A DNA stretch of 64,000 nucleotides. Origin: a virus. The notes beneath the pieces are model-generated. The model was not told where the DNA came from. It saw nothing but the letters and a program-made list of their open reading frames with translations, and did no database searches. How positions within the stretch are numbered: position 1 is the first letter of the stretch; each line of letters starts with the position of its first letter. The stretch covers positions 10,999 through 74,998 of the IMG/VR virus record IMGVR_UViG_3300033150_000473; one strand, given 5' to 3'. Positions 1 to 9,009 of the stretch are shown one piece after another. Position numbers and translations under genes: made by a program.

Positions 1-151
1 AGGTTCACTTCGATGCGGAGCGAGAGTTGTTGGACGAATTACTAGGGCTCATGGGGCCGTACTTCATGCCTCGGTCACGCAGGAACCTGATGCCCGAGTT
101 CTTTGTAGCGATGGTGCGGAAGTATTGTGCGGATAGGCCGGTTGTTGTGAC

Positions 152-292
152 ATGACCGACAAAGAGTTCTGGGGGCGCATCCGGCAGGCCATCCTAGCCG
201 CATTGGACGCAATCGAGAAGCGCTGGGGTTTCTCACCGACAACTGCGGAGATCAGGAAACAGGAACGAGAACGACGAAGACAAGACAAATAG
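152..292 (+). CDS. small hypothetical protein (46 aa, MTDKEFWGRIRQAILAALDAIEKRWGF...)
   Basis: ATG152-TAG292 read from the sequence; below the ORF-track cutoff; followed by a terminator-like hairpin. Confidence 0.6.
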   Translation: MTDKEFWGRIRQAILAALDAIEKRWGFSPTTAEIRKQERERRRQDK

Positions 293-313
293 TAAACTGG
301 CAGCCGAGAAATC

Positions 314-353
314 GAGCGCCGCTAACCCTAACGGGTGGCGGCGCTTTTGTTTC
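314..353 (+). terminator. intrinsic terminator upstream of the late operon
   Basis: GAGCGCCGCTA...TGGCGGCGCTT stem followed by TTTGTTT. Confidence 0.7.
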
Positions 354-398
354 TTACCGCAACACCAGTTTGTTACCAGAATAGTAACGGAGAGTGAC

Positions 399-1127
399 AT
401 GCTCAAACCGTTGATTGATCCGAAGTGCGAAGCGTTGGGGCTCACCGTGAGCGAGCCCATAGAAACCGATGGCCTGCATTGGGAACTAAGTCACCTGTGG
501 CTGACAGAAAACGGCAACTGGGATTCTGTGCCCGACTTCGCCAGGGACTTCCAAACCGACCATCTCGGCGGCGACCATCACGTCTACGTACTCGGTTACA
601 GGCTGGACATGCACCGCGCTGAGGAAGAGAGGCTGTTCGTCCTTGGCTGGCCCGATGGACACCATATCTTCTCGCCAAAGAGAGAACATGAATGGTGGGG
701 GAACGCTATCATAAATGCGGGTTTCAACTGGCAGAAGACACCTGGCCCGTACTACGCCCAGATGAACGCTATCAACACGTCTGTCGTCTACGGTATCGGC
801 CTGCCCTACCCGCCCCCGCCATGGAAGCACATGGGCGCGAGACACCATTGGGACGGCGAGACGATGACCGGTGACATCCCTGTCATCGTATCGGCTTCGG
901 GCGAAGATACTGGCGCAAGCGTCATGGGCGGCCTGCACACTAGCTTCTTCCTGGTGTTCCAGGAGGTCGAAGGATATATTCCTGAGCCAGAACCGCCGAT
1001 ACAAGAACAGTTCCTGCGGGTATTGGACAAAGCCGAGGCCGCTGCCGACCAGTTGGTAGGCCAGAACGAACAGGCCGCGGCAGGCAAGATATACCTGGGG
1101 ATTGCCGAGTTGCTCTCCTGGCAGTAA
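399..1127 (+). CDS. hypothetical protein, possibly a cell-surface-associated domain
   Basis: 242-aa ORF with GGAG RBS; GGDHHVYV...WPDG...HTSFFLVFQ pattern. Confidence 0.6.
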   Translation: MLKPLIDPKCEALGLTVSEPIETDGLHWELSHLWLTENGNWDSVPDFARDFQTDHLGGDHHVYVLGYRLDMHRAEEERLFVLGWPDGHHIFSPKREHEWWGNAIINAGFNWQKTPGPYYAQMNAINTSVVYGIGLPYPPPPWKHMGARHHWDGETMTGDIPVIVSASGEDTGASVMGGLHTSFFLVFQEVEGYIPEPEPPIQEQFLRVLDKAEAAADQLVGQNEQAAAGKIYLGIAELLSWQ

Positions 1128-1128
1128 C

Positions 1129-1698
1129 ATGGCAAAGCGACGGCTGTCGGAGAATCCGCCCGATGTCCATAACAACAACAGCATCACGGCCCCCAGGCGG
1201 CTGAAGGCGACAGAGCGCAGGCAATTCGTAGTCGCACTCAGGACGGCAGGGGCTACGTTGCAGCAGTGTGCCAAGCAAGCGGTTGAGAAGTTTGGGGAAG
1301 AACAACTTCCCAAGAACTACAACAGGCAGGCCGTCTGGCTAGACATCAAGAGGGCTCAGAAGCACGCCTACAAGAGCATGGGGGAAGACCTCAAGACTTT
1401 CCGCATGATCCAGGTTGACCGTTACGAAGCTGTAATTAGGGCGCATTGGCTCAGGGCAATGGCTGGTGACAAAGGGTCTACGGATCGCGTCTTGAAAGCC
1501 ATGAAAGACGAAAACGCGCTACTGGGCTTGAATGCTCCAGCGAAAGTAGACATGAGGGTATTGCAAATTGACGCTCGCATCGAACAGCTCATGGAAACAG
1601 TGGCCTCTGGACGACAAGCTGAAGCTCCTAAAGCGCTTGGAAGCGGAGGCGACCAAGAGGAAGACTCCATCGTGGAGGGAACCGCACGACGTCTGTGA
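1129..1698 (+). CDS. putative terminase small subunit (HTH-like)
   Basis: Helical basic ORF directly upstream of and overlapping TerL; C-terminal LLGLNAPAKVD motif typical of TerS-like proteins; ATG at 1129 preferred. Confidence 0.65.
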   Translation: MAKRRLSENPPDVHNNNSITAPRRLKATERRQFVVALRTAGATLQQCAKQAVEKFGEEQLPKNYNRQAVWLDIKRAQKHAYKSMGEDLKTFRMIQVDRYEAVIRAHWLRAMAGDKGSTDRVLKAMKDENALLGLNAPAKVDMRVLQIDARIEQLMETVASGRQAEAPKALGSGGDQEEDSIVEGTARRL

Positions 1699-3880
1699 TT
1701 GGCTGGAAAAGCATTTTTACATCGAAGACCCAAGAGACATAGAGACGGGGGTTTTGCTACCGCCAGGGCCGATCCGGCTGTTCCCGCACCAGAAGCGTAT
1801 CCTGCGGGCGATGGTGGAGAAAGATGAACACGGTTTGTTTCGGTGGACGACACTGGTGTACTCTGCTGTTAAGAAATGTCTCGCGCCTGAGACGAGGGTG
1901 CTAACAACCAGCCTGGATTGGGTTCCTGTTGGCTCTCTCAAAGTAGGCGATAAATTGTTAGGTTTTGATGAAAACCCTGTGTGCCCCGCCTACCGCAAAG
2001 GAAGGGTTCGCGGCGGAACTGGACGAAGATATAGAGTAGCGACTGTATTGGATACTGGACTTGCGCCGATGTTGGCGCGGCGAATCTATCTCGCTGATGG
2101 CACAGTGATAACAGCCTCGCATGACCACAAGTGGCTGACCAGGCAAAAGGGGGGAAAGGGCCTAAGGTGGCGCAAGACGAGCGGTTTAAAGCCAGGGGGC
2201 TGGCTCTCTCGTTACCTGCCAGTTTGGGATATGCCACACGGGTACGATGACGGATATATAGCTGGTTGTTTGGACGGGGAGGGGCATATCCGGCCTGACT
2301 GCCGCGAGATTGGCATGGGGCAGAAAGAGAATGAATTGCTTGCCGAGTTCAAACGCATCTTGGTTGACCACGACATTAAGTTTAGCGAGTATCACCAAGA
2401 GACGTATGGTGGTGACTATGCAGGGCATTCAATTCAGAAGATTGCAATCTTAGGAGGAAGGCCCTGGAATCTTTACATGCTAGGCCATTTCAAGCCCAAG
2501 AGACTATTGGGCAAAATCCTGCCCCAATTAGACGGTGGGATTGGTCAAATCTGGCGGATGGGTGATGTAGAAATCGTTGCCATTGAGGAAACGGCGGCAG
2601 AGCTGGTCACGTTACAAACGAGCACGGAAACGTACTTTGCAGAAGGCTTTGCGGCGCACAATAGCGGAAAGACTCGCATCGCCGCTGGCATTGTCGCCTG
2701 GATGGCTGCACAGTATGGCCCTTACGCAGAATGTTATGTCATGGCAAATGACGGCAAGCAATCCGACGACCGATTGCTTTCAGCGATCCGCAAAACCGTT
2801 ACGTTTAACAAAGTACTAAATTGGCACATTAGCAAACGCAGGGTATCGTTGCCTGATGGTAGCTTTGTCGAGGCAATTCCTGTAGACCCTACCGGTGAAA
2901 GTGGGGCAAACCCGACGGCCACTGCCTGGAGTGAAATGTGGGGATACGGGCTTGCGCATAAAGAGCGCTTCTGGGCCACGATGACTGTTAGCCCTGCCAA
3001 GTTTGGGCGCAGTCTGCGCATCGTGGAAAGCTATGCTGGCTATTCAGGGGAGAGTCCAACACTAGAGCGCCTCTACGAACAAGGTGTTACACTAGGCAAG
3101 AAACACCCAGACTTTCCCGACCTGCCCGTTTATGTCAACGAGCCAGCGGGATTGATCTGCTACTGGGATACGATCCCCAGGATGCCGTGGCAGGATCGGC
3201 GATACTACGCCCAAGAGGCCCGGATGCTGCCGCACAACGAGTTCCTGCGGCTGCACAAGAACCAGTGGGTGCGCTCTGAGTTTGCTGCTATTCCGGTACA
3301 ATGGTGGACGGCTCTCAAAGAAGACCTGCCGCCGTTGAAACCGAAAGAACCGATCATCATCGGCGCGGATGCGGCGGTATCGGGAGCGTGTTTCGGGATA
3401 GTCGCTGTGACCCGACATCCCGATCCCGCGCGACGAGACACCGACGTAGCAGTCAGATACGCGAGGGCCTGGGCTCCACCGAAGGGTGGTAAAATAGACT
3501 ACGGCGCTAAAGATGGCCCGGAAGCGGAGATCCGAAGACTAGCCAAAGAGTACAAGGTTCTTGAAGTCTCTTACGACCAGTACCAGTTGCACCGCACCGC
3601 AACGCAATTCAACAAAGAGCGCGTCTGCTTCTGGAAGCCATTCGGACAGCAACAGGACAGGTTGATTTCAGACAACCAGATGTTCCAGATGATCAAGGGC
3701 GGCCACGTGGCCCATAGCGGGGATGCCGACCTCCAGGATCACGTGGTCAAAGCGAACGCCAAGACGAGCACCGACGAAGACACGAAGCTGAGGTTTGTGC
3801 AGAGAGACGACAGATCACCGATAGACTTACTGGTTGCTTTGAGCATGGCGGCCAAGCGATGTTTGGATTTGAGAATGTGA
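1568..3880 (+). CDS. terL: terminase large subunit containing an intein
   Basis: LFPHQ Q-motif; Walker A KK/SGKT split by the intein; nuclease domain IIIGADAA...SYDQYQ...SPIDLLVALSMA. Confidence 0.92.
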   Translation: MTLASNSSWKQWPLDDKLKLLKRLEAEATKRKTPSWREPHDVCDWLEKHFYIEDPRDIETGVLLPPGPIRLFPHQKRILRAMVEKDEHGLFRWTTLVYSAVKKCLAPETRVLTTSLDWVPVGSLKVGDKLLGFDENPVCPAYRKGRVRGGTGRRYRVATVLDTGLAPMLARRIYLADGTVITASHDHKWLTRQKGGKGLRWRKTSGLKPGGWLSRYLPVWDMPHGYDDGYIAGCLDGEGHIRPDCREIGMGQKENELLAEFKRILVDHDIKFSEYHQETYGGDYAGHSIQKIAILGGRPWNLYMLGHFKPKRLLGKILPQLDGGIGQIWRMGDVEIVAIEETAAELVTLQTSTETYFAEGFAAHNSGKTRIAAGIVAWMAAQYGPYAECYVMANDGKQSDDRLLSAIRKTVTFNKVLNWHISKRRVSLPDGSFVEAIPVDPTGESGANPTATAWSEMWGYGLAHKERFWATMTVSPAKFGRSLRIVESYAGYSGESPTLERLYEQGVTLGKKHPDFPDLPVYVNEPAGLICYWDTIPRMPWQDRRYYAQEARMLPHNEFLRLHKNQWVRSEFAAIPVQWWTALKEDLPPLKPKEPIIIGADAAVSGACFGIVAVTRHPDPARRDTDVAVRYARAWAPPKGGKIDYGAKDGPEAEIRRLAKEYKVLEVSYDQYQLHRTATQFNKERVCFWKPFGQQQDRLISDNQMFQMIKGGHVAHSGDADLQDHVVKANAKTSTDEDTKLRFVQRDDRSPIDLLVALSMAAKRCLDLRM
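1877..2662 (+). mobile_element. intein (262 aa) with LAGLIDADG-type endonuclease motif
   Basis: Starts CLAPETRVLT; block B ITASHDHKW; YIAGCLDGEG; ends YFAEGFAAHN followed by Ser+1. Confidence 0.95.
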
Positions 3881-3893
3881 CGGGAGGATTACG

Positions 3894-5015
3894 ATGAGGA
3901 ACGACGAGAGAAACAAAGAAATGCCCAAAATGGCGGGCGATGAGATGGCTGGCGAAGGGCTTCTCACCAGGGCGCTTTCGCCACAGTGGTCAGGCCATAC
4001 AGAAGTACACACGTTAGCGACAGGAAACCCTGCAATCGGGCGTTCGCAAGGGGGAATGCCGTTCTATGTGTGGGAAGAGGACGGCTTGCTGTACTGGCGC
4101 AAGGGCCGGTTCGGGCAGGGCGGTTGGACTCCGCGCGCTTACCTGGCGGCGGGCAGCGAACCATGCCTCGTGGGCGTACCGAGCGGGAAAGTCCATTGTG
4201 TCTTTTCCAGCGAATTCGGAGGGGTGCGCAACATCTACCACGTGGTGTACGCTAACAGTCAGTGGTCGCTGCCACGCAACGTCTCGCACACCTCCGGCGA
4301 GAGCCGCAATCCTAGGATAGCGGCTGACGGCAACACGTTGTTTGTTGTGTGGGATGACGACGTGTCAGGCCCCCGTGTCGTCTACTGGGCGGAACAGGAC
4401 AGTGACTACTGGGCCTCCGGCCCAATCCCCAGCGCACGCGGCGAAAAACCAGACGTAGCGTACCGGGCCGGCGTCGTTCACGTCGCCTGGCAGGACGATT
4501 CGCCAGAGGTCATCTACTACTCGCGGAGACTCGATGGTTCCTGGAGCCTTCCTGAGAACATCAGCTCGTATGCAGCGGCGTACAACACTGACGTGCGCCT
4601 CGCGGTGGACGAGAACGACAAAGTGCATATCGTGTACGGTCAGTACCACCCCGTTGGGGGAGATGGTTGGTACATCTATTATGTCTGTGGGCAGGTGGGC
4701 AACTGGTCGCCGCCAAGGATGGTGAACTGGTACGACCACTACAACACTTTCCCCGACATCGAGATCGCCGGGGACTGGGTGTTGGTCGTCTGGCGTCACA
4801 GGGTGACCATCGCAGAGAACCCAAGCTGGATCATGGCCCGGAAGAAGACGGTCACGTCAGAATACTGGCGCTGGTATCCGACTGAACAGGCCACGGCAGG
4901 CGGAGTAATTGAAGCTGCGCCGGATCTGGCCGTTGAACCGGGCGGGAAGGCGTATCTCATCTACACGCGTGGCAGCGCGGCCTACGCCGCGCAACGGACG
5001 AACGCTTATCCGTAG
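3894..5015 (+). CDS. beta-propeller (BNR/sialidase-like repeat) protein
   Basis: Repeated VHxVW/F...IYY...WSxPxNV/IS units; true start uncertain. Confidence 0.6.
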   Translation: MRNDERNKEMPKMAGDEMAGEGLLTRALSPQWSGHTEVHTLATGNPAIGRSQGGMPFYVWEEDGLLYWRKGRFGQGGWTPRAYLAAGSEPCLVGVPSGKVHCVFSSEFGGVRNIYHVVYANSQWSLPRNVSHTSGESRNPRIAADGNTLFVVWDDDVSGPRVVYWAEQDSDYWASGPIPSARGEKPDVAYRAGVVHVAWQDDSPEVIYYSRRLDGSWSLPENISSYAAAYNTDVRLAVDENDKVHIVYGQYHPVGGDGWYIYYVCGQVGNWSPPRMVNWYDHYNTFPDIEIAGDWVLVVWRHRVTIAENPSWIMARKKTVTSEYWRWYPTEQATAGGVIEAAPDLAVEPGGKAYLIYTRGSAAYAAQRTNAYP

Positions 5016-5032
5016 TTGGCGGGAGGATTGCA

Positions 5033-5722
5033 ATGGGTGAAATACTAAAAGCCAGGCAACGCAGCAATACATTGTCGCGCGCTTTGGAGTGCGATGACAA
5101 CGCGGCGCTCTACGTAGTCGGCGGCGGCGCGGGCATGGCCGTGACGATTGCCGACGGCGCGGATGTTGCTTTAGGCGCGACTACGGATGCTGAATCCGCG
5201 GCAGGTAACGGCACGGTCGTCGCTATCTTGAAACGGCTACGGACGCTGCTCAACGGCGGACTGCCAGCCGCTTTGGGCCAAGGAACGATGGCACAGAGCC
5301 TCCCTGTTGTCGTTGCTAGTGACCAATCGTCTCTCACTGTTGACCAGGCAACACACGATCTCCTAAACTGCAACGCCAACATCCAGGTGGGCGATGCGGA
5401 TGTAGGCGTGGCAAATCCTGTGCCCATAGAAGCCGCGCCGATCACGACGCCGACGCATACCGCGGTCAACGTGACGGTAGCAAGCGGAGCGGTACTGGCT
5501 GCAAATGCTAACCGACTGTACGCGCTATTGGTCAACGACAGCGACACGGTGATCTACATCAAGCTGGGCGCGGCTGCGGTTGTCAACCAGGGCATCCGTA
5601 TCAATGCCGCCGGTGGCAACTACGAGATAAGCTCTGCGTTTGGCAATCTTTACACGGGAGCTATCTACGGCATCCATGGGGGAGCAGGGAACAAGGCGCT
5701 GCTAATGACAGAAGGAGTGTAG
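5033..5722 (+). CDS. putative virion structural/fibre protein
   Basis: Ala/Gly/Val-rich; GQGTMAQSLPVVVASDQ fibre-like motif; GGGAGG RBS. Confidence 0.55.
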   Translation: MGEILKARQRSNTLSRALECDDNAALYVVGGGAGMAVTIADGADVALGATTDAESAAGNGTVVAILKRLRTLLNGGLPAALGQGTMAQSLPVVVASDQSSLTVDQATHDLLNCNANIQVGDADVGVANPVPIEAAPITTPTHTAVNVTVASGAVLAANANRLYALLVNDSDTVIYIKLGAAAVVNQGIRINAAGGNYEISSAFGNLYTGAIYGIHGGAGNKALLMTEGV

Positions 5723-5724
5723 AC

Positions 5725-7275
5725 ATGCCATTGAGAAACCCGCTATGCATATTAGACGAAGACGACATGGCGTCCGATAGCGACATCTGTGTTCCCACGC
5801 AGCAGAGCGTCAAAGCCTACGTGGATGAGCGAAACTACTTCGGCATAGCCTGGAACGAGTCCACTGACGCTTACGAACGTCGCGGGGAACTCGCGGGCGT
5901 GGCAGCAGGAAGCTCGCCTGGGGACTCCGCGTTGCCTATCCAAGCGGCTATGCGACGGTGTGTCATCAGTGACGCGGGGGTAGTGCAGTACTATCTAGAC
6001 CCTACTGACTCCACCAAGAAACTGAGCGGCGAGGCTTCAGTTCTCACGGGCGCAGACGGCCAGGTGATGGTAGAGATACCGAAGTTCTACTATCGCTACA
6101 GCTACGCATCGAACGTCCACAAGTGGGACATCTCGTTCCTGCCACTGGCTGGATTTGACGTACACCCAGCCTTCATCAAGAACGGCGTGGAGGTTGACTA
6201 TCGTTACATCGGTGCATACGAGGGCGTGCTTTACGACAACTCTGAGTCTGTATACACTTCTGACTACAACCAGGTAGCGGCACACGCTGCCACGTTTGCT
6301 GTACCCGCCAACACCATCACAGCGGGGGCGGGGACACCGTATGCCCTGTTGCAAGCTGGCGATGTAATCGTAGTTACAGGAACGCCCAGCAACAACGGGA
6401 CTTATGTAATCTCAACGGTGGTGGGTGGGAACGTCATCACGACTGTGGGGGCATTGGTGGCAGGCGAAGCTGCGCCGAACACAGTTATCACTGCACCAGC
6501 AGTAGATACGGCTAACGACAAGTTGTCAAGCGTCAGCGGCAAGAAAGCAGTCACCGGCATCACGAGAGCCAACTTCCGGTTGATTGCAGCCAAGCGGGGC
6601 ACGGGCTGGCGGCAGTTCGATTTCTATCTAGCATCAGCAATCCAGTTGCTATATCTCGTAGAATACGCAGACTTCTACTCGCAGAGCATGATTGGCAATG
6701 GGCTGACAGATTGGGCCAGCGGAACGTGGAACACGCACAATGCCTATCATGCCATCAACAACGGCGGGCTAAGTAATGGTGACGGCAATGTGACTGCTAA
6801 TGTTTCCAACGGCGATGGTGTTGTGGGTTCATACATGAGTTACCGCGGTATCGAGAACTGGTATGGGCATGTCTGGAAGTTTGTAGACGGGTTCAATGTC
6901 AATAACTATGACGACAATGCGGGGACGGCATACAGTCGTGTGTGGGCTTCGAATACCGATACCGACTTTACGGATGATACCGCCGCGAACTACACGCAGG
7001 TTGGCGATGTTTGTGAAACTGATGGATACCAGAACACGCTAGTCCAAGTGGCGAGTGCTTTCTTGCCGTTGACGGTGGGCGCTGGTAGCACGACCAAGAT
7101 TACGGATTACTATTGGGCTTACTTTGATGATCTCTCTGCGCCGTTTGATGAATGGCGCGTGGCTCTTGCGGGCGCGGCCGCGTCCTACGGTGCGGGTGCC
7201 GGGGGCTGGGCGCTGCTTCTTCATCTTGCGTCGGGTAATGCCTCTGCGGATCTTGGCTCTCGGGCCTGCTTTTGA
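5725..7275 (+). CDS. DGR target protein with C-terminal C-type-lectin (FGE-like) fold and variable region
   Basis: GQVMVEIPKFYY and SYRGIENWYGHVWKFVDG motifs; the last 40 codons align to the downstream TR. Confidence 0.9.
   Translation: MPLRNPLCILDEDDMASDSDICVPTQQSVKAYVDERNYFGIAWNESTDAYERRGELAGVAAGSSPGDSALPIQAAMRRCVISDAGVVQYYLDPTDSTKKLSGEASVLTGADGQVMVEIPKFYYRYSYASNVHKWDISFLPLAGFDVHPAFIKNGVEVDYRYIGAYEGVLYDNSESVYTSDYNQVAAHAATFAVPANTITAGAGTPYALLQAGDVIVVTGTPSNNGTYVISTVVGGNVITTVGALVAGEAAPNTVITAPAVDTANDKLSSVSGKKAVTGITRANFRLIAAKRGTGWRQFDFYLASAIQLLYLVEYADFYSQSMIGNGLTDWASGTWNTHNAYHAINNGGLSNGDGNVTANVSNGDGVVGSYMSYRGIENWYGHVWKFVDGFNVNNYDDNAGTAYSRVWASNTDTDFTDDTAANYTQVGDVCETDGYQNTLVQVASAFLPLTVGAGSTTKITDYYWAYFDDLSAPFDEWRVALAGAAASYGAGAGGWALLLHLASGNASADLGSRACF
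7153..7272 (+). repeat. DGR variable repeat (VR)
   Basis: Gap-free 120-nt alignment to 7317-7436; 33 mismatches, 32 of them at TR adenines. Confidence 0.97.
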
Positions 7276-7316
7276 GTTTTTCAAGTTTTAGGGTTTTCCA
7301 TATCAATCAGGCCAGT

Positions 7317-7436
7317 TAGCGCGTAGCTCATGCAGGCACGAACACGAACAACAGTGCGAATGCCAGGGGCTAGGCACTGAATCTTAATAATGCGTCAGGT
7401 AATACCAATGCGAATATTGGCACTCAGGCTAGCTTA
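7317..7436 (+). repeat. DGR template repeat (TR)
   Basis: AAC/AAT-rich copy of the VR; 37 adenines, 32 differ in the VR; non-coding. Confidence 0.97.
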
Positions 7437-7557
7437 TTTCGAATGACAAACAAATACGAGATATGGAAAACCTTGCCTCTCGGCAAAACACAAGGCAATG
7501 CCCCATTGGTGTTGGTAGGGCCGAAGGGTCTCGAAGGCTCCGGGGTGAAATAAGCAG

Positions 7558-8646
7558 ATGAAACGCTACGGCGATCTGTACGCCAAGATTTGGGACATGG
7601 AGAATATCCGCGAGGCACACCACAATGCACAGCGCGGCAAGAGGCATTACCGCGAAGTACAAATGGTAAACGCCAATGAGGAGAAATATCTATCACAAAT
7701 CCAGGCAATGTTGCGTGACAAGACATTCCACACTTCCGAATATGAGGTCTTCACCAAATCAGACAGTGGCAAAGAACGCGAGATTTCTAAACTGCCGTAC
7801 TTCCCAGACAGAATCGTGCACCACTGCGCCATGCAGGTACTTGAGCCAATCTGGATGAAGACACTCATTACCGATACTTATGCTGCACTGAAAGGACGGG
7901 GCATTCATAGGGGTGTCAAAAGGGTAAAGCTGGCATTGCGCGACAGAGAAAACACGCAGTATTGTCTCAAGTTTGATATACGCAAGTTCTATCCGTCCGT
8001 TGACCATGACGTCTTGAAGTCCATAATCCGCCGGAAGATCAAAGACCCAGGTGTATTGTGGCTCTTGGATGAAATCATAGACTCCGCTGATGGTATTCCA
8101 ATTGGGAATTATCTCAGCCAGTATTTTGGCAACTTGTACTTGGCGTATTTTGACCATTGGATGAAAGAAGAGAAGCGTTGCAGATACTACTTCCGCTATT
8201 GTGACGACATCGTAGTGTTGCATAGTAGCAAGAAGTTCCTGCATGGGCTGTTCAGAGAAGCACAAGAATATCTATCTACCAATCTGAAACTGTGCATCAA
8301 ATCCAACCATCAGATATTCCCAGTAGACAAGCGCGGTATTGATTTTCTTGGCTATCGGTTCTTCCATGACTACGTACTCCTGCGAAAGAATATTGCACAG
8401 AGATTTAAAGAAAAGGTGCGCCACATTCGACGCGAGTGGTGGAACATGCGGCCAAGCCAAGTCGTAAACAGCATCATGAGTTATTGGGGCTGGATGAGGC
8501 ACGGGAACTGTCTTAATCTTGCCAAGAGACATATTGACGGGGAAATCCAACGGATCATAGCAGAAACGTGTAAGGCAAGCGGAACGAGAAATCCATTAAG
8601 GAGACTTAAATGGCTCAAGGCGACACCTATCCAGAAACCACAGTAA
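7558..8646 (+). CDS. DGR reverse transcriptase
   Basis: DRIVHH, LKFDIRKFYPS, GIPIGNYLSQ (SQ signature of DGR RTs), YCDD, GIDFLGY; 362 aa; no maturase or endonuclease domain. Confidence 0.96.
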   Translation: MKRYGDLYAKIWDMENIREAHHNAQRGKRHYREVQMVNANEEKYLSQIQAMLRDKTFHTSEYEVFTKSDSGKEREISKLPYFPDRIVHHCAMQVLEPIWMKTLITDTYAALKGRGIHRGVKRVKLALRDRENTQYCLKFDIRKFYPSVDHDVLKSIIRRKIKDPGVLWLLDEIIDSADGIPIGNYLSQYFGNLYLAYFDHWMKEEKRCRYYFRYCDDIVVLHSSKKFLHGLFREAQEYLSTNLKLCIKSNHQIFPVDKRGIDFLGYRFFHDYVLLRKNIAQRFKEKVRHIRREWWNMRPSQVVNSIMSYWGWMRHGNCLNLAKRHIDGEIQRIIAETCKASGTRNPLRRLKWLKATPIQKPQ

Positions 8647-9005
8647 AATCGCGCGGCAAGACGCTATATAGGTACAACATCCGTGAAGTTGAAGTTACCA
8701 ACGAACCCAATGGCAAGCCCCGAACGGCCTACGAGTATGATGAAGTTGCCATCGCGGGCAAAGTCACCAAAGCCAAGATCGTCGCTGCCATGCGTACCGC
8801 CGAGGCCGAGCAGGACACCAGTGACATTGGCGAGGCTGCGGCGCAGTATCGGGGCGCCAAGGGCGCGATCAAGCTGTCGAACCTGTCCGAGTTTACCTAT
8901 GACGAACTCGATACCTATATCCAGATTCATGTGACTGACATGGCGTCAGCCAGGGGCTTTCTGAAGAAACTCGCGAAGGTTGTGTTAGCGATACTAAAGA
9001 GCTAA
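8610..9005 (+). CDS. hypothetical protein overlapping the RT 3' end (possible DGR accessory or fibre chaperone)
   Basis: 131-aa ORF with AAGGAG RBS inside the RT gene. Confidence 0.65.
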   Translation: MAQGDTYPETTVKSRGKTLYRYNIREVEVTNEPNGKPRTAYEYDEVAIAGKVTKAKIVAAMRTAEAEQDTSDIGEAAAQYRGAKGAIKLSNLSEFTYDELDTYIQIHVTDMASARGFLKKLAKVVLAILKS

Positions 9006-9009
9006 GGTC

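Noticed and set aside
7317-7373. TAG recoding as the explanation for the TR stops
   Set aside because: TAG terminates many genes right before the next gene (5015, 5722, 27232, 31004), and no suppressor tRNA is seen.
7558-8646. RT as group II intron, retron or Abi RT
   Set aside because: Short, has the SQ motif, lacks maturase/endonuclease domains, and has an adjacent adenine-specific TR/VR pair.
8610-9005. Calling this ORF avd
   Set aside because: The beta-rich N-half and overall pattern do not resemble the four-helix Avd; no recognisable motif.
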